DNA of 64,000 nt. Source: a virus (Duplodnaviria > Caudoviricetes). The position numbers and the translations under genes were made by a program. The DNA lies in IMG/VR virus record IMGVR_UViG_3300037067_011302, positions 32,001-96,000 of that record, one strand, 5' to 3'. Shown here piece by piece: positions 1 to 10,234 of this stretch (position 1 is its first letter; every line of letters starts with the position of its first letter). A model generated the notes under the pieces. It had not been told where the DNA came from and searched no databases. It saw nothing but the letters and a program-made list of their open reading frames with translations.

Positions 1-203
1 CACCCTCTGATGCGTCGATTCGTCTCGATGACTTGTGCCAACAACACCCCTGACGCCTGAGATGCATTCGAACACTTCCTTGAACAGAAGTGAAATTTTT
101 TCAATCTCTTTGCGTAGCGTTTCTCGGTGAATTCTATTCCACACTCATCACAACAACACCTCAGGACATGACGAGTGCCCTCCACGATCACTTCGATTAA
201 CAT
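1..203 (-). CDS. Partial zinc-ribbon protein, probably a homing-endonuclease-type N-terminus (runs off the window edge)
   Basis: Hand-translated from ATG at 203: MLIEVIVEGTRHVLRCCCDECGIEFTEKRYAKRLKKFHFCSRKCSNAS...TNRRIRGV; CxxC...FCSxxC pattern; not in the ORF track. Confidence 0.55.
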   Translation of the reverse strand, partial: MLIEVIVEGTRHVLRCCCDECGIEFTEKRYAKRLKKFHFCSRKCSNASQASGVLLAQVIETNRRIRG

Positions 204-229
204 CAATCGACGAGAAGTTCCTCAAGTCT

Positions 230-556
230 TCAAGGGCACCAGGTGCGTTTCCATGAGGGATGAACTCCGGCCACACGTTCTGCGAGTCCACGATCGTCGT
301 CAGCGTAAGCAAGCGTTATGACGTCTTTGCAATTGATGTGAAACTGGCGAGCGAGTGCCTCAGTGACATCATCCTCGCTCAACAGGTTGAACGCTTCAAT
401 CACTCCGAACCTAATTTCAGTCTCATCGAGGTAGGCAATGGCGGCGATGATGCAACCCTTCGCAACGCCTAGACGGCCTGAATTCGCTGCCTCAATTGCC
501 AAACGACACATCCGCTGGCAACCATCAAACAACTGTTCAAAAGAAAATCTACTCAT
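230..556 (-). CDS. Hypothetical protein
   Basis: 108-aa ORF overlapping the upstream gene by 4 nt in a minus-strand operon. Confidence 0.6.
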   Translation of the reverse strand: MSRFSFEQLFDGCQRMCRLAIEAANSGRLGVAKGCIIAAIAYLDETEIRFGVIEAFNLLSEDDVTEALARQFHINCKDVITLAYADDDRGLAERVAGVHPSWKRTWCP

Positions 557-756
557 TTCGGGTTCTTCTTGTAAGGCTTTGATGCCTTCTTCATTCCTTT
601 ATCGTCACGTTTGCCGGCTCCGAGCGGCGCGGTGTAACCAACGATGCATGCCGTCGTTGAGAATTCGTCCAGTTGATCCTCCTCCTCGTCCTCGAGCACT
701 ACCTCGTCGATCGCTTCTTCGATCACTTTCCTCAGCTCACGCAAACTGATCTTCAT
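553..756 (-). CDS. Small putative internal head protein with capsid-targeting-like leader
   Basis: MKISLRELRKVIEEA..VLE leader; TACTTA box 5 nt upstream of ATG. Confidence 0.65.
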   Translation of the reverse strand: MKISLRELRKVIEEAIDEVVLEDEEEDQLDEFSTTACIVGYTAPLGAGKRDDKGMKKASKPYKKNPK

Positions 757-760
757 GAGG

Positions 761-1306
761 TTAAGTAGTCACCCGCGACCGCCTGACGCTGTCCTGCACG
801 AGGAAACACAACGTCCAGAAGTAAAATTTATCTGACACGGACGCCGAAAACTGCGTGCAACCCTTCTCGTACGTCGGAAGAACCCAATTCCTGTTAAACC
901 CCTCAAATCCGTAGTCAACCTTGCCGTCCCAATCGAACGTCAATGGTCTCTTGCTGACAAACGTCGCACAATAGTCGTAGAAGTTATGTCGAATGAGCAC
1001 CACGAGATCACCCTCACACGCGCGGTACTTGACGACAGGGAGCAGGATGTCCTTGCTCGTGTGTTCTCCGACGACGACGACCGCCGGATCGTCTCTCTCG
1101 TAGTCAGCCTGTGGTTCACCATCATCGCTACGATAGAGACGACTGTTCCCGATCAACAGGCAACCGACGGTGTGATACAAAAATTCGTGTTGAATGATTG
1201 CATCATCGAGCCATTCAGCATCCTTATCAATCTTGTGATCCCGTTGCCACAGGACCATCGATTTGCCGTTGAGAGCGTAAAAACGTTTGAATATATCGTC
1301 CATCAC
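761..1306 (-). CDS. Hypothetical protein
   Basis: 181-aa ORF coupled to neighbours. Confidence 0.65.
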   Translation of the reverse strand: MMDDIFKRFYALNGKSMVLWQRDHKIDKDAEWLDDAIIQHEFLYHTVGCLLIGNSRLYRSDDGEPQADYERDDPAVVVVGEHTSKDILLPVVKYRACEGDLVVLIRHNFYDYCATFVSKRPLTFDWDGKVDYGFEGFNRNWVLPTYEKGCTQFSASVSDKFYFWTLCFLVQDSVRRSRVTT

Positions 1307-1608
1307 TTCCCAGATCTATCAGAAACCACAGTTCCAGTTGGCAACGACGAAGAATCTACGCTTGGAATGTCATCAACGTTCCTTGCTTTAATCCTGTAAG
1401 GTCCGCCACACTCGGGTGCCGTCGTCACTGTCACATCCACCCAGGGCTTCAAGCTCGGTGTCATCTGTTCAATGAACTTCTTGAGATCACTAACCTGTTT
1501 TTCGAGCTCAACAATCTTCTGCTCGACCGTCGCGGTCCGACCCTCGAGCATCACAACGTGATCCCGCGTCCACTCAGTGATTCCAACTCCAGTTGCCGTG
1601 TTGCTCAC
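1303..1608 (-). CDS. Hypothetical coiled-coil protein
   Basis: Heptad stretch VEQKIVELEKQVSDLKKF; 4-nt overlaps on both sides. Confidence 0.6.
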   Translation of the reverse strand: MSNTATGVGITEWTRDHVVMLEGRTATVEQKIVELEKQVSDLKKFIEQMTPSLKPWVDVTVTTAPECGGPYRIKARNVDDIPSVDSSSLPTGTVVSDRSGK

Positions 1609-2240
1609 CCTTCACGCCTCTCCCATTCCTTCTCTTGGATTGTTGCAGAATAATCGGCCGTCATGACCACGTGTGCTAGGACGGGTTCCTTCATGCAGTA
1701 CGGTTTGTTCTCGTTCAAGACGAATCCGTCGTGAATGCAGATCGTGACCCACTCCTCGTAAGACAGAGGAATTCCGTACTTCTGCATCAACCACAGGCTC
1801 CTCTGTGCGACTGGCATGTAGGGAACTTTCTCGTTGTGCTTGTACATCTCGCCGCACTTTTCACGGTGCCAGGAACTGTCCTGCGGAACGTACACGTCAA
1901 CGAACTCTCCTCCGACGACGTGAACGCACTTTCCGATGTCGTGGAACAGTGCACTGACGATCAGAGATTCCAACGACACGTTCCACGAGCACGCCTTGCT
2001 GATGTTGACGGCGTTCCTCAACACGCGCAATGAATGATCGACGAGGCCACCCGGCGTTGCAAGGTGATATTCCACTCTTGCGGAAGCAGGAGCGAGTGCC
2101 AACCTCTCTCCGAGGATGTCAACGAATTGAACTGCCGCCGGGCTCCTTTCGCCGAGCTTTTCGCACTGTGCTCTAAACTTGTTGTAATTCTCTTCGATCT
2201 TTTCCGCTGTGAACTCTATCATGGTTACACCATACACCAA
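1605..2240 (-). CDS. HD-domain phosphohydrolase (YhaM/Cbf1-like); likely start 2222
   Basis: APAS..YHLA.PGGLVDHS, LFHDIGK, IHDG and TAD motifs. Confidence 0.85.
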   Translation of the reverse strand: MVYGVTMIEFTAEKIEENYNKFRAQCEKLGERSPAAVQFVDILGERLALAPASARVEYHLATPGGLVDHSLRVLRNAVNISKACSWNVSLESLIVSALFHDIGKCVHVVGGEFVDVYVPQDSSWHREKCGEMYKHNEKVPYMPVAQRSLWLMQKYGIPLSYEEWVTICIHDGFVLNENKPYCMKEPVLAHVVMTADYSATIQEKEWERREG

Positions 2241-2243
2241 AAT

Positions 2244-3452
2244 TCAACACAGGACATCGCACCTAACCGTAAATTTCTGCACGTAACCTGGAACCTTTAT
2301 TCTAGAAATTTCCTGAAGCTTTTGCAGCTCGCCAGGCGCACAGTCGACGAACAATGCATCGTGAAGCAAGAAGATGGGGTTTGAGTTCGGCGCAACGATT
2401 GCCATCATGTCAAGCACGTTCTTGTACCCGTGCATGACGACGTCTGCGGCCGAAGATTGTGCATAGTAGTTGATGAAGATGCGATCAAGTGGATCAGAAA
2501 CGACGATCGGTCTACCGTAGCGATTCAGGATTCGGCCGCTCTTCAGGAACTGTGTCTTGATTCGTTTCAACAATTTATCAACGTCAAAGAACGCCGCGAC
2601 CTTTTCAATGAACCCATCGACGTCGTCTATCACGCCGAACAACTTTTCCCTCAGCGCCTCCCTCGATTGCCCATAGATCCTAGCGAGGACGGCTTGCTTT
2701 ACTGCCGCGCGAGGAGCACCTCCGACCTCACGTGCAATGTGCTCGTACACGTCGCCGTCTATCCGCTTGCCTGCCTCGTATAGTAGGACGCTCGGTTCCA
2801 ACGCGTGAAAGTCATACATCACTATGTTCCCACCGACGCGTGATGGAGCGATGATCGACCTGTGCTCGTGCTTGAGCGTCAGGATGCTCGGACCCGACTC
2901 GACGCTCAACCTTCCGGTGCACGTGCCAAAACGATTGTACGTGATTGACCTTGCACGTGACCCATTGATAGGAACGAACGATTGTAACGCCGGAACGTTC
3001 CCCTCACCGGACGCCAAGATCGACCTTAACCGAGGTACATTGATCGTGGAAGGTTGGAGGGAACGCAAGACGGCATTTCCGTTCACCCAGGTCCTCTCCA
3101 GATACGTCCTTGGGCCCTTGGACAGGGTATCATTGGCCTGTGATAGGAGGCCCTCCACGAAGGTTCTGTGAACCCTCGTGGGCAATACCTTGTGCCACGG
3201 AATTGTCGTCGGTGATCCATTCTTGAATGCATGTGCGACTGACGCAACGAATTGCTTCGGTGGTAGGACGTTGAGCTCAATTCCACCCAACCTCGCCAAC
3301 GTATCGAGGCAGTGATCGTCACAGTATTTCACTGTGCCGGTCATGTACCACGAATTGGGAGGACGTTCGTCAACGAACGAATACGTTCCGTTCAGCGTGG
3401 CAAGGTGCTTGCCGGTGCCGAGCAGAGACGAATCAATGCAAATCAGGTCCAC
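2244..3452 (-). CDS. Family A DNA polymerase, polymerase domain only
   Basis: TGRLS, motif A YDFHALEP, motif B RAAVKQAVLARIYG, NYYAQSSAAD, motif C LLHDAL; no exonuclease motifs seen. Confidence 0.85.
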   Translation of the reverse strand: MDLICIDSSLLGTGKHLATLNGTYSFVDERPPNSWYMTGTVKYCDDHCLDTLARLGGIELNVLPPKQFVASVAHAFKNGSPTTIPWHKVLPTRVHRTFVEGLLSQANDTLSKGPRTYLERTWVNGNAVLRSLQPSTINVPRLRSILASGEGNVPALQSFVPINGSRARSITYNRFGTCTGRLSVESGPSILTLKHEHRSIIAPSRVGGNIVMYDFHALEPSVLLYEAGKRIDGDVYEHIAREVGGAPRAAVKQAVLARIYGQSREALREKLFGVIDDVDGFIEKVAAFFDVDKLLKRIKTQFLKSGRILNRYGRPIVVSDPLDRIFINYYAQSSAADVVMHGYKNVLDMMAIVAPNSNPIFLLHDALFVDCAPGELQKLQEISRIKVPGYVQKFTVRCDVLC

Positions 3453-3492
3453 TGCACGTCAACATACGACACGGACATTCAAGCGTTCACCA

Positions 3493-6400
3493 TCAAACCT
3501 TCAGCGATTGAACGAACTCAGCCAACGTCGGCGCTCCCTCGTATTGTCCATAGGCATCCGAAAACGTGAGCGTCATCTGCGTCTCAAATTTTCCTGGCGT
3601 CAGAGTGTGTGTCACGCCCGTCAGGCCGTAGATGTTGTCGACGGTCGTGCCGGTGTTCAGGTCGACGAAGAACATTTGGCCGAACGTCAACAGCGGACAC
3701 CCCAAGGACGTGATCGTCATCGTCGCCGGAATGATCCTGAGGGGTAATCCACGGACTCCTGATCCGTTCGGCTGCGCGACCTTCGGAGGACCCGACTTCT
3801 TTGCGACCGTCTGCATCTGAGCGACAGTCATCAGCGCGTCCTGCTTTGATGCAAGCGTCATGTTCGTGACGGTCGACGAGTTCATTCCGTAGATGATGCT
3901 CGGAACCATCTTCGACACGTAATCCTTGATTCCTTGGTTCGTCGTCGCATTCGCGTCACCGTAGCTCAACGTTCCGTCCTTCTGCATCTGAGGAATCAAC
4001 TTCTGCAGCTGATCGATGTTCAAGCCTGTCGCTGAATTCTTTGCCTTCTCAACGTCCGACGAATTGACCTCAACGTAGTGACCTGATGCATCATCCTCGG
4101 AACGCAGAAGCATCTTCTCGCTCTTGTATGGATCATTCACCCTATCGAACACGTGCAATCGCATGACGCGCTTGTACATCGTTCCATCAGAGAACGTGCC
4201 CGTCGTCGGATCAATGCTCGAATAGAACTCCAACGAATCACACAGCGTGCCGTCCGCACGAACGTACGTCGTCTCGATGTAGAACTCAATGACCGGCATG
4301 CTGAAGGGACCCCTCGATGAAAACATGCCAGACAGCGCATTCTCGTACGCCTGTTCGGCGTTGAAGTTCATCACCTTCTTGATCTTTGCGTCCTTGTTGA
4401 AGGGATCGTATGGCATGAAGAATGATCTGAACCCGTACCCGATCCCACGCATGTCGCCCAACTGAGCGTCGACGACCAGCCTAAAGAACTCCTCGATCGT
4501 TATGTTGCCTGAACCCTTCGCGGTGACGTACTCACGGTACTGGTCAAAGAACATCGACGTGTCAATCGGAAATTCTGCGATGTTTGAACCTCCTGCGGCA
4601 CCGGCTTGAGCGTTGAACTGGTAGAAGAATAGTTGCAGTTCATCGATTCCGTCCAACGAGTCTAGAATAGAGCCCAAGAACACCGCCGTCAACTTGCCGA
4701 ATGTCGTCACGCGGCGCCTGAACCCAGTCTCATTGCGAGAAAAATTCCCGACCGTCAAACTGATGGAATCCGGCATGCCGCCGGGGCGCTTCTGGGCGGC
4801 ACTCTTGGCAGCTAATTCTTCTGTCGTTCCTTTCACGGTCACCGACTCCGGTTCTGCTAGATATGCGTCAATTGCATCGCACATCGTCTCAAACTGGGTC
4901 GGGGGTGCCTGGTACGTGACCGGACTCTTTGCTTGCTTCTTTGCTGAACACCTGAATGGATCGTCGCCATTGAATGCCTTTCTAAATCTCTCATTAACAA
5001 TCGAGATTGTGGCGTCCTTCACCTGTTCTTTGAACGTCTGTGCGTTGTACCCCTTCGGCCTCGAATAGTAGTCCCTTAACGCATCGGTAAGCTTCTTGAA
5101 ATTTTTCTGCGAAACGCTCGGAGTCTTTCCCTTCGTCCTTGTTGCCGCAGCGTATCCTGCCTCGAGGTCCTTTATTGCTTGGTCAATTTCACCTTGTTTG
5201 AGCGCCGGAAACGTCTCGTTCACGGCCGATTCTAGCAACATCACGCCACGAGCGTCCTTGCTTGAACCGAACGAATATCCGGAATAGACGACGTTGGCCG
5301 CGGCCGCGACTCGTTTTGCTGCGGCACGCAGCTTCATGATCGTTGCGTTGCTGCTGAAGTTGTCGCTCGCAACGTTCAACGTACGCATCGTCGGCATTCC
5401 CTTCGTCCACAGTTCCAGCGTGATCGTCACCTGGCCAAATGCATCGAACGAAAACTGCGTGTTTGCTATGCCGTATGCCTCGCGCACGAGCATGTTCTTG
5501 TTTATGAAGTCAGCGTACGTTGACGAACCGACGACGGAAGTCGTGGAATCTTCAGGATAGTGCCACCCGTACGTGATCCACACCGTCGGAGCTGACTCAG
5601 CGCTCTGATAGACGTTTGGCCTGATCAGGTCACTGATGTCGCACAACCTCGAGCGATCGTGCAGCTTGATGACCAACGTTCCCTTCTTGTATGAAAAAAG
5701 GCCTGCTGTCGGCGCGACGGATATGTTGAAGCTCTCAATCGACATGAGAGGTCGCATGGGATCGATGACGTCAACGTACCGTGAACCCTGTGCCTTCTGG
5801 TCGAGGTTCAACAACGTTTGTGGCGCGGTGAAGGCCTCCATTCCCATCGACGTCACGACGGTGTCGTACGCTTCGGTTGAATCATTCGTCGAGTATACCG
5901 ACTTGACTGACTTTTCTCTGCCCGATATCAATGCATGCGTTCCGGTCCCGGGAACGTTCGGTGCGTTGTCAAAGCCGACCAAGAACTTGACGAGCCCCGG
6001 TGACTGGAGGTTGTCAGTTGAATCGATTCGATTAAACACGAACTCAACGTCCAACACAGGCGACATGCGGGACGCAATCATCGATGGCACGTAGTTTAAG
6101 AACTGCTCACACCGTTCTGCGTTCCTACACGATGGACTCAGGAATGGAGACGTGCACAGGATGATTCCCATCCGTTTTTCGAGCTTCGTTCCGACGATCT
6201 GTTCAAACGTCACGTTCTCTGTCGATCCGTCTGAACGCACTGACAAATTGTTCATCTTCGCAAATTCTTTATTTGTCGTCACGTCGCTCGATGCGTACAG
6301 CCTGATCACATCGTTGAACGTTTTGCGTAGTTCGTCAGGAATCTGCTTTCCAGACGTCCCCTGCAACAATTCGTTCAACTTCTTTGCGAGGTCGTCAATG

Positions 6401-6558
6401 CTTAGGACGCCGTTCACTCCGTATATCGTGTCAAGCACTTCCTTCGCGATTGACACGCTATTCACGTCAGACGATGACACGAGGCGGCGCGCACCGAGCA
6501 ACGTCGTCGGCGTCACCATCCTGTAGATTCCTTCGAGCGTGTTCTGTATGTCAGACAT
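3493..6558 (-). CDS. Baseplate hub-like protein (gp27/VgrG-type C-terminus)
   Basis: 1021 aa; C-terminal GCPLLTFGQMFFVD...NIYGLTGVTHTLTPGKFETQMTL; position after the LysM/gpX-like gene. Confidence 0.6.
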   Translation of the reverse strand: MSDIQNTLEGIYRMVTPTTLLGARRLVSSSDVNSVSIAKEVLDTIYGVNGVLSIDDLAKKLNELLQGTSGKQIPDELRKTFNDVIRLYASSDVTTNKEFAKMNNLSVRSDGSTENVTFEQIVGTKLEKRMGIILCTSPFLSPSCRNAERCEQFLNYVPSMIASRMSPVLDVEFVFNRIDSTDNLQSPGLVKFLVGFDNAPNVPGTGTHALISGREKSVKSVYSTNDSTEAYDTVVTSMGMEAFTAPQTLLNLDQKAQGSRYVDVIDPMRPLMSIESFNISVAPTAGLFSYKKGTLVIKLHDRSRLCDISDLIRPNVYQSAESAPTVWITYGWHYPEDSTTSVVGSSTYADFINKNMLVREAYGIANTQFSFDAFGQVTITLELWTKGMPTMRTLNVASDNFSSNATIMKLRAAAKRVAAAANVVYSGYSFGSSKDARGVMLLESAVNETFPALKQGEIDQAIKDLEAGYAAATRTKGKTPSVSQKNFKKLTDALRDYYSRPKGYNAQTFKEQVKDATISIVNERFRKAFNGDDPFRCSAKKQAKSPVTYQAPPTQFETMCDAIDAYLAEPESVTVKGTTEELAAKSAAQKRPGGMPDSISLTVGNFSRNETGFRRRVTTFGKLTAVFLGSILDSLDGIDELQLFFYQFNAQAGAAGGSNIAEFPIDTSMFFDQYREYVTAKGSGNITIEEFFRLVVDAQLGDMRGIGYGFRSFFMPYDPFNKDAKIKKVMNFNAEQAYENALSGMFSSRGPFSMPVIEFYIETTYVRADGTLCDSLEFYSSIDPTTGTFSDGTMYKRVMRLHVFDRVNDPYKSEKMLLRSEDDASGHYVEVNSSDVEKAKNSATGLNIDQLQKLIPQMQKDGTLSYGDANATTNQGIKDYVSKMVPSIIYGMNSSTVTNMTLASKQDALMTVAQMQTVAKKSGPPKVAQPNGSGVRGLPLRIIPATMTITSLGCPLLTFGQMFFVDLNTGTTVDNIYGLTGVTHTLTPGKFETQMTLTFSDAYGQYEGAPTLAEFVQSLKV

Positions 6559-6559
6559 T

Positions 6560-6853
6560 TCAACCCAACAACTTTGCGACCGCGGCGATGTCAGGAATTC
6601 TTAGCTCCGTTCCTGCCGGAACCTGCATTCCCCATCCTATCTCACTGGCGGCGGCAATCACCCACCAATAACGTCCATCGCCGTACACCGATCCTGCGAC
6701 GGTGTCCAATCTCTCTGCACCTCGTAAGACGTCGATCGTATACGACAACGTCCCAGCGGCCATGGCCGACCTGATCGTCTGAATGGCAATCGATGTTCCA
6801 AACTGTGTGCCGAGGCTCAACTTCGGCGAACGTGCGTACCTACTGAATGCCAT
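6560..6853 (-). CDS. LysM-like baseplate/tail protein (gpX/gp53-like)
   Basis: ERLDTVAGSVYGDGRYWWVIAAAS...VPAGTELRIP. Confidence 0.85.
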   Translation of the reverse strand: MAFSRYARSPKLSLGTQFGTSIAIQTIRSAMAAGTLSYTIDVLRGAERLDTVAGSVYGDGRYWWVIAAASEIGWGMQVPAGTELRIPDIAAVAKLLG

Positions 6854-6855
6854 TG

Positions 6856-9800
6856 TCAGTCCTCACTCTCAAGGTCGAATCCGTGCTTCATCGCGGCACC
6901 GACTGGATAAATTGGAGCGCGATTGTACCCGTGATGGTCGATGCCAGGAGATACGTCGTGGATCGGTGAGAACGCCAACGTCACCTTGCACGACATCGGA
7001 GCTATCCTACCAGGCGTCTCAGTCTCCCACAGTGAATCGAACCACTCAAAGCCCATCGACTCAATCACGCCGGCGAGACCCTTTCCTCGTGTTGTTCTGA
7101 AGGATCGCGTGATGGCGTTCGTCTTTTCACTCAAGAAGTTTGACAACGCATCAACGTCCTCAGCGCCGCTGATTCCGATCGTCGCCAACGCCTCGTGCAT
7201 CGCCTTCCTTGAAGGCTTTAATATATTGTGATTAATGATGAAATCAAGACCGATGAACTTTACATATTTCTTACTCAATTCACCAATGATCCTATTCGCT
7301 TCAGCACTAGCATAACCAGCTTGAATCAATTCATCAGCGGTGATCAATTCACATGTGGCCAACACTGACAAGTATTGATTAAGTGCATTCACCTTCAGTC
7401 CTTTTCCGAGAAATATGAAATAATCGAGATCAGCAAGGCTTCCTCCGAGATCAAATACTTGAACGGGAGGTGATGAACCAGGTGCAGACACAGCGTTGGG
7501 AGCCGCTGGAAAGCCATCAGAATCAACGTGGAACGTCTTTCCGGACGGCGACGACCAAATTGAATCGATGACCGTCTTGATCCTATCCTTGTACTGTGCG
7601 TAGCCTCTGAATTCTATCTTATTTCCTCCATTATTTCCTCCAATCGACATCACATCTGAGTCAGCACCAAACAGGCGCGCCAGAGCAAATCGTGAATAGT
7701 TCGACCTGATGAGGTCTCCAACGCGCAGGCGAATGAGAGGCGAAGAACCGATCAGCTGGCTGAACGGTTGGATGAACGTCGTTCCATCGTCGGCAACGAT
7801 CGATCGACCTCGCGTGTATTGCGGATAGATGAGGGTGACGAGCTTGTTGATCTTCATCCACATGTCGTCGAAGTCCTGCTTGCTCGTCGCGACGACGTAG
7901 AAACTGAGGTCGATCTTCCTCGCGGTGCTCTTGTAGATCTTCACCGGATCAACGCGACCAAATCCTTCAGGCGACTCATAATTTGCGACGTAATTTTCAC
8001 CGAGCGACGACAAGAACGCATGAAATCCAACGATCTCATTCGTCCTCAAGTCGTGAAAGTAAAACGGAACGTACTCAGCCTCGAGCATCGACTCCATCTT
8101 CTTGACGGTCGGCTCGTCCATCGCCTTCGACGTACGTGGAATCCTCTTTGTACCGTCGTTCGTCGTTGCCGCAAAGAACGTCCTTGAATTTGTGTCAGTC
8201 AGACCGAGCGGTCCGCGGAATCCACCCAACTTGTCGTCGAGCAATTGCATCGTCATCGTTGAGTCAGGGATCAGGTACAACGACGGTGCGCGGGAAGATG
8301 CCCAAGCGAGCTTAGCACAAGTATTTCCGCTCGAATCTTTCAACCTACTCTTCTTGACGTTTGCGTGTGGAACGTCGTTTGGCAGCCTGTTGACGTCGAG
8401 GTGACTCACGTTCTCGTCACTCTTTGATGCGACGGTCGCCAGGACGGCATCTCCGAGCGTTGTGAACACGTTCATTGCGGCAATGATCTTTGAACTCTTG
8501 ATCACGCGAAGGATGCCCACGGCGCCTTGGACGCCTGCGATCGGATTCCTAGCGAATGCGTCGGCAATCTTGTTGATGGCTTCGGCAATGATCTGTCCTG
8601 AACGAACGATCGTCCTGGCAACGTTAATGTTGAATCCTGCAGACGTGGTGTCGTCTAGAACGCCGGTCATTGCAGACGAAAGTGCACCGATCACCTGCGA
8701 GCCCACGCCGCCCATTGCCGCCTTCGCTCCTAGAAAGAACGCAGCGGCACCCGTCTGAAGCGCCGTGCCGAATGGATAGACGGTTCCGTGCAGGCCGAGC
8801 AGCGCCATCATATTGGGTGGAAAGCTAGTGTCATTCGGATCGGTCAACGAATCGTACGTTGAACTGCCCAACTTGTACATGTCATCGCGCTTCTTCAATG
8901 CCGGTGTCGTCTCTGATCCGATCGAGATCAGCGTACCAACGACCTCAAAGACGACCAAGACGCCGGCGGTGAGCGCCAACGATAGTGCTATCTGTCCAAC
9001 GTTCAGTGCACCCACGAACGGCTCGTTCACGTTGTTCACGGCGCCCCACGACTGACCTCCGAACGGCGCGATCTCAACCAACGCGTCGGTGGGGTACTCG
9101 TCGCTCGAGAGCCGTTCCAGAACGTCCCTTGCGCTCAACAGCTGGTTGTCCACCTTTGTGATGCCCATTTGATTGGGAGATGGCAAGAATGATGCTTCTA
9201 GGGCCGCGGAAGAGTTTGGATTGAACCCATCCTCACCCGACAACACTTCACCTGATGCACGTAGCGAGAGTGCAGCACCGACCTGCGCCATCTTCATGAA
9301 CGACACTGGTTTCTCGAACCCAGGAATTTTGACAGTCGTGTCGAAGTCTGCTGGAGGATTTGACGACAACGCAGGATCGATTATCGGTTCCTCGGCAGAG
9401 AATCGATTGTGCGACAGCACGGCGGACGCGTACTTTTTGGCAATGACGCGTGGTTGATCAACGTCTCCAATCAATAGGTTGTTGCCGTTCGCCGCGCCGG
9501 GCGGTGACAACTTCTTTCCTTTGTTGAGTTGATTGGCTATCGTCGGATAATCACGAGAGTACGTCTGGTCAATTCGTTGATATTCTCCTCCTGCAAAACC
9601 ATTTTCGTTCTGAGGTGATGGAGGAATGGGATAGCCCTTCTCGTCGGACACGCTGGTTTCGGACGTCTTGTAATCGACAAAATAATAGTTTGGCGTTCCC
9701 TTTGCGTAGCCGTGCCCACCGTGTGTTGATGTCGAAAGGTACCTACCGAGCGTCTCACGCGTTTGCTTGCTGACGTCCTTCTTTGGTGCCGGCTGCGACA

Positions 9801-10005
9801 TGTCGCCGTGGTCGGTCTCAACGGGATCAACGGGTTGTTCATTTTCTGAGATGACGTCGAGCGCATACGTCTTTCCGTCTATCTCAAAGCCACCGATGCC
9901 GGTGTCGATTCCTGCACCAACACGACCCGAGATCTTTGCCGCGGTGGACGTTTCATTCGTGCCCATCGCGTTTGCATTTGTGTTGGTGCCGTCGGGCTTT
10001 GCCAT
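6856..10005 (-). CDS. Large baseplate / tail-tube-initiator protein
   Basis: Internal tube-like domain VPFYFHDLRTNE..FHAFL..E.Y...Y....FGRVDPVKIYKSTARKI.LSF; lies between tape measure and LysM genes. Confidence 0.6.
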   Translation of the reverse strand: MAKPDGTNTNANAMGTNETSTAAKISGRVGAGIDTGIGGFEIDGKTYALDVISENEQPVDPVETDHGDMSQPAPKKDVSKQTRETLGRYLSTSTHGGHGYAKGTPNYYFVDYKTSETSVSDEKGYPIPPSPQNENGFAGGEYQRIDQTYSRDYPTIANQLNKGKKLSPPGAANGNNLLIGDVDQPRVIAKKYASAVLSHNRFSAEEPIIDPALSSNPPADFDTTVKIPGFEKPVSFMKMAQVGAALSLRASGEVLSGEDGFNPNSSAALEASFLPSPNQMGITKVDNQLLSARDVLERLSSDEYPTDALVEIAPFGGQSWGAVNNVNEPFVGALNVGQIALSLALTAGVLVVFEVVGTLISIGSETTPALKKRDDMYKLGSSTYDSLTDPNDTSFPPNMMALLGLHGTVYPFGTALQTGAAAFFLGAKAAMGGVGSQVIGALSSAMTGVLDDTTSAGFNINVARTIVRSGQIIAEAINKIADAFARNPIAGVQGAVGILRVIKSSKIIAAMNVFTTLGDAVLATVASKSDENVSHLDVNRLPNDVPHANVKKSRLKDSSGNTCAKLAWASSRAPSLYLIPDSTMTMQLLDDKLGGFRGPLGLTDTNSRTFFAATTNDGTKRIPRTSKAMDEPTVKKMESMLEAEYVPFYFHDLRTNEIVGFHAFLSSLGENYVANYESPEGFGRVDPVKIYKSTARKIDLSFYVVATSKQDFDDMWMKINKLVTLIYPQYTRGRSIVADDGTTFIQPFSQLIGSSPLIRLRVGDLIRSNYSRFALARLFGADSDVMSIGGNNGGNKIEFRGYAQYKDRIKTVIDSIWSSPSGKTFHVDSDGFPAAPNAVSAPGSSPPVQVFDLGGSLADLDYFIFLGKGLKVNALNQYLSVLATCELITADELIQAGYASAEANRIIGELSKKYVKFIGLDFIINHNILKPSRKAMHEALATIGISGAEDVDALSNFLSEKTNAITRSFRTTRGKGLAGVIESMGFEWFDSLWETETPGRIAPMSCKVTLAFSPIHDVSPGIDHHGYNRAPIYPVGAAMKHGFDLESED

Positions 10006-10013
10006 GATTCTAA

Positions 10014-10226
10014 CTACTCACTGTGTTTCGTTGTGTGCTCACTCGCGGTCGCGTTCGGCCTAACGACAGACGTCACTCTGCCAAGCGATGCCGCAAATTC
10101 AACGACGAACGTTGACGCCGCAGAGGTGATCCTCTTCCTCTCGTCATCGTCCTTCGCCAACGACAGAGCTCGTTGAAAGATAGGATTGTCACGCAATTTC
10201 TTCAGCAGTTCTTCATTCGATAGCAC
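10014..10226 (-). CDS. Hypothetical protein
   Basis: 70-aa ORF filling the gap in the operon, SD-like AGGTG upstream. Confidence 0.6.
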   Translation of the reverse strand: MLSNEELLKKLRDNPIFQRALSLAKDDDERKRITSAASTFVVEFAASLGRVTSVVRPNATASEHTTKHSE

Positions 10227-10234
10227 GCTTCACC

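Noticed and set aside
1605-3452. Z-genome (DpoZ/DatZ) system
   Set aside because: No PurZ in the window, and the HD protein has YhaM-like motifs; family membership alone is insufficient.
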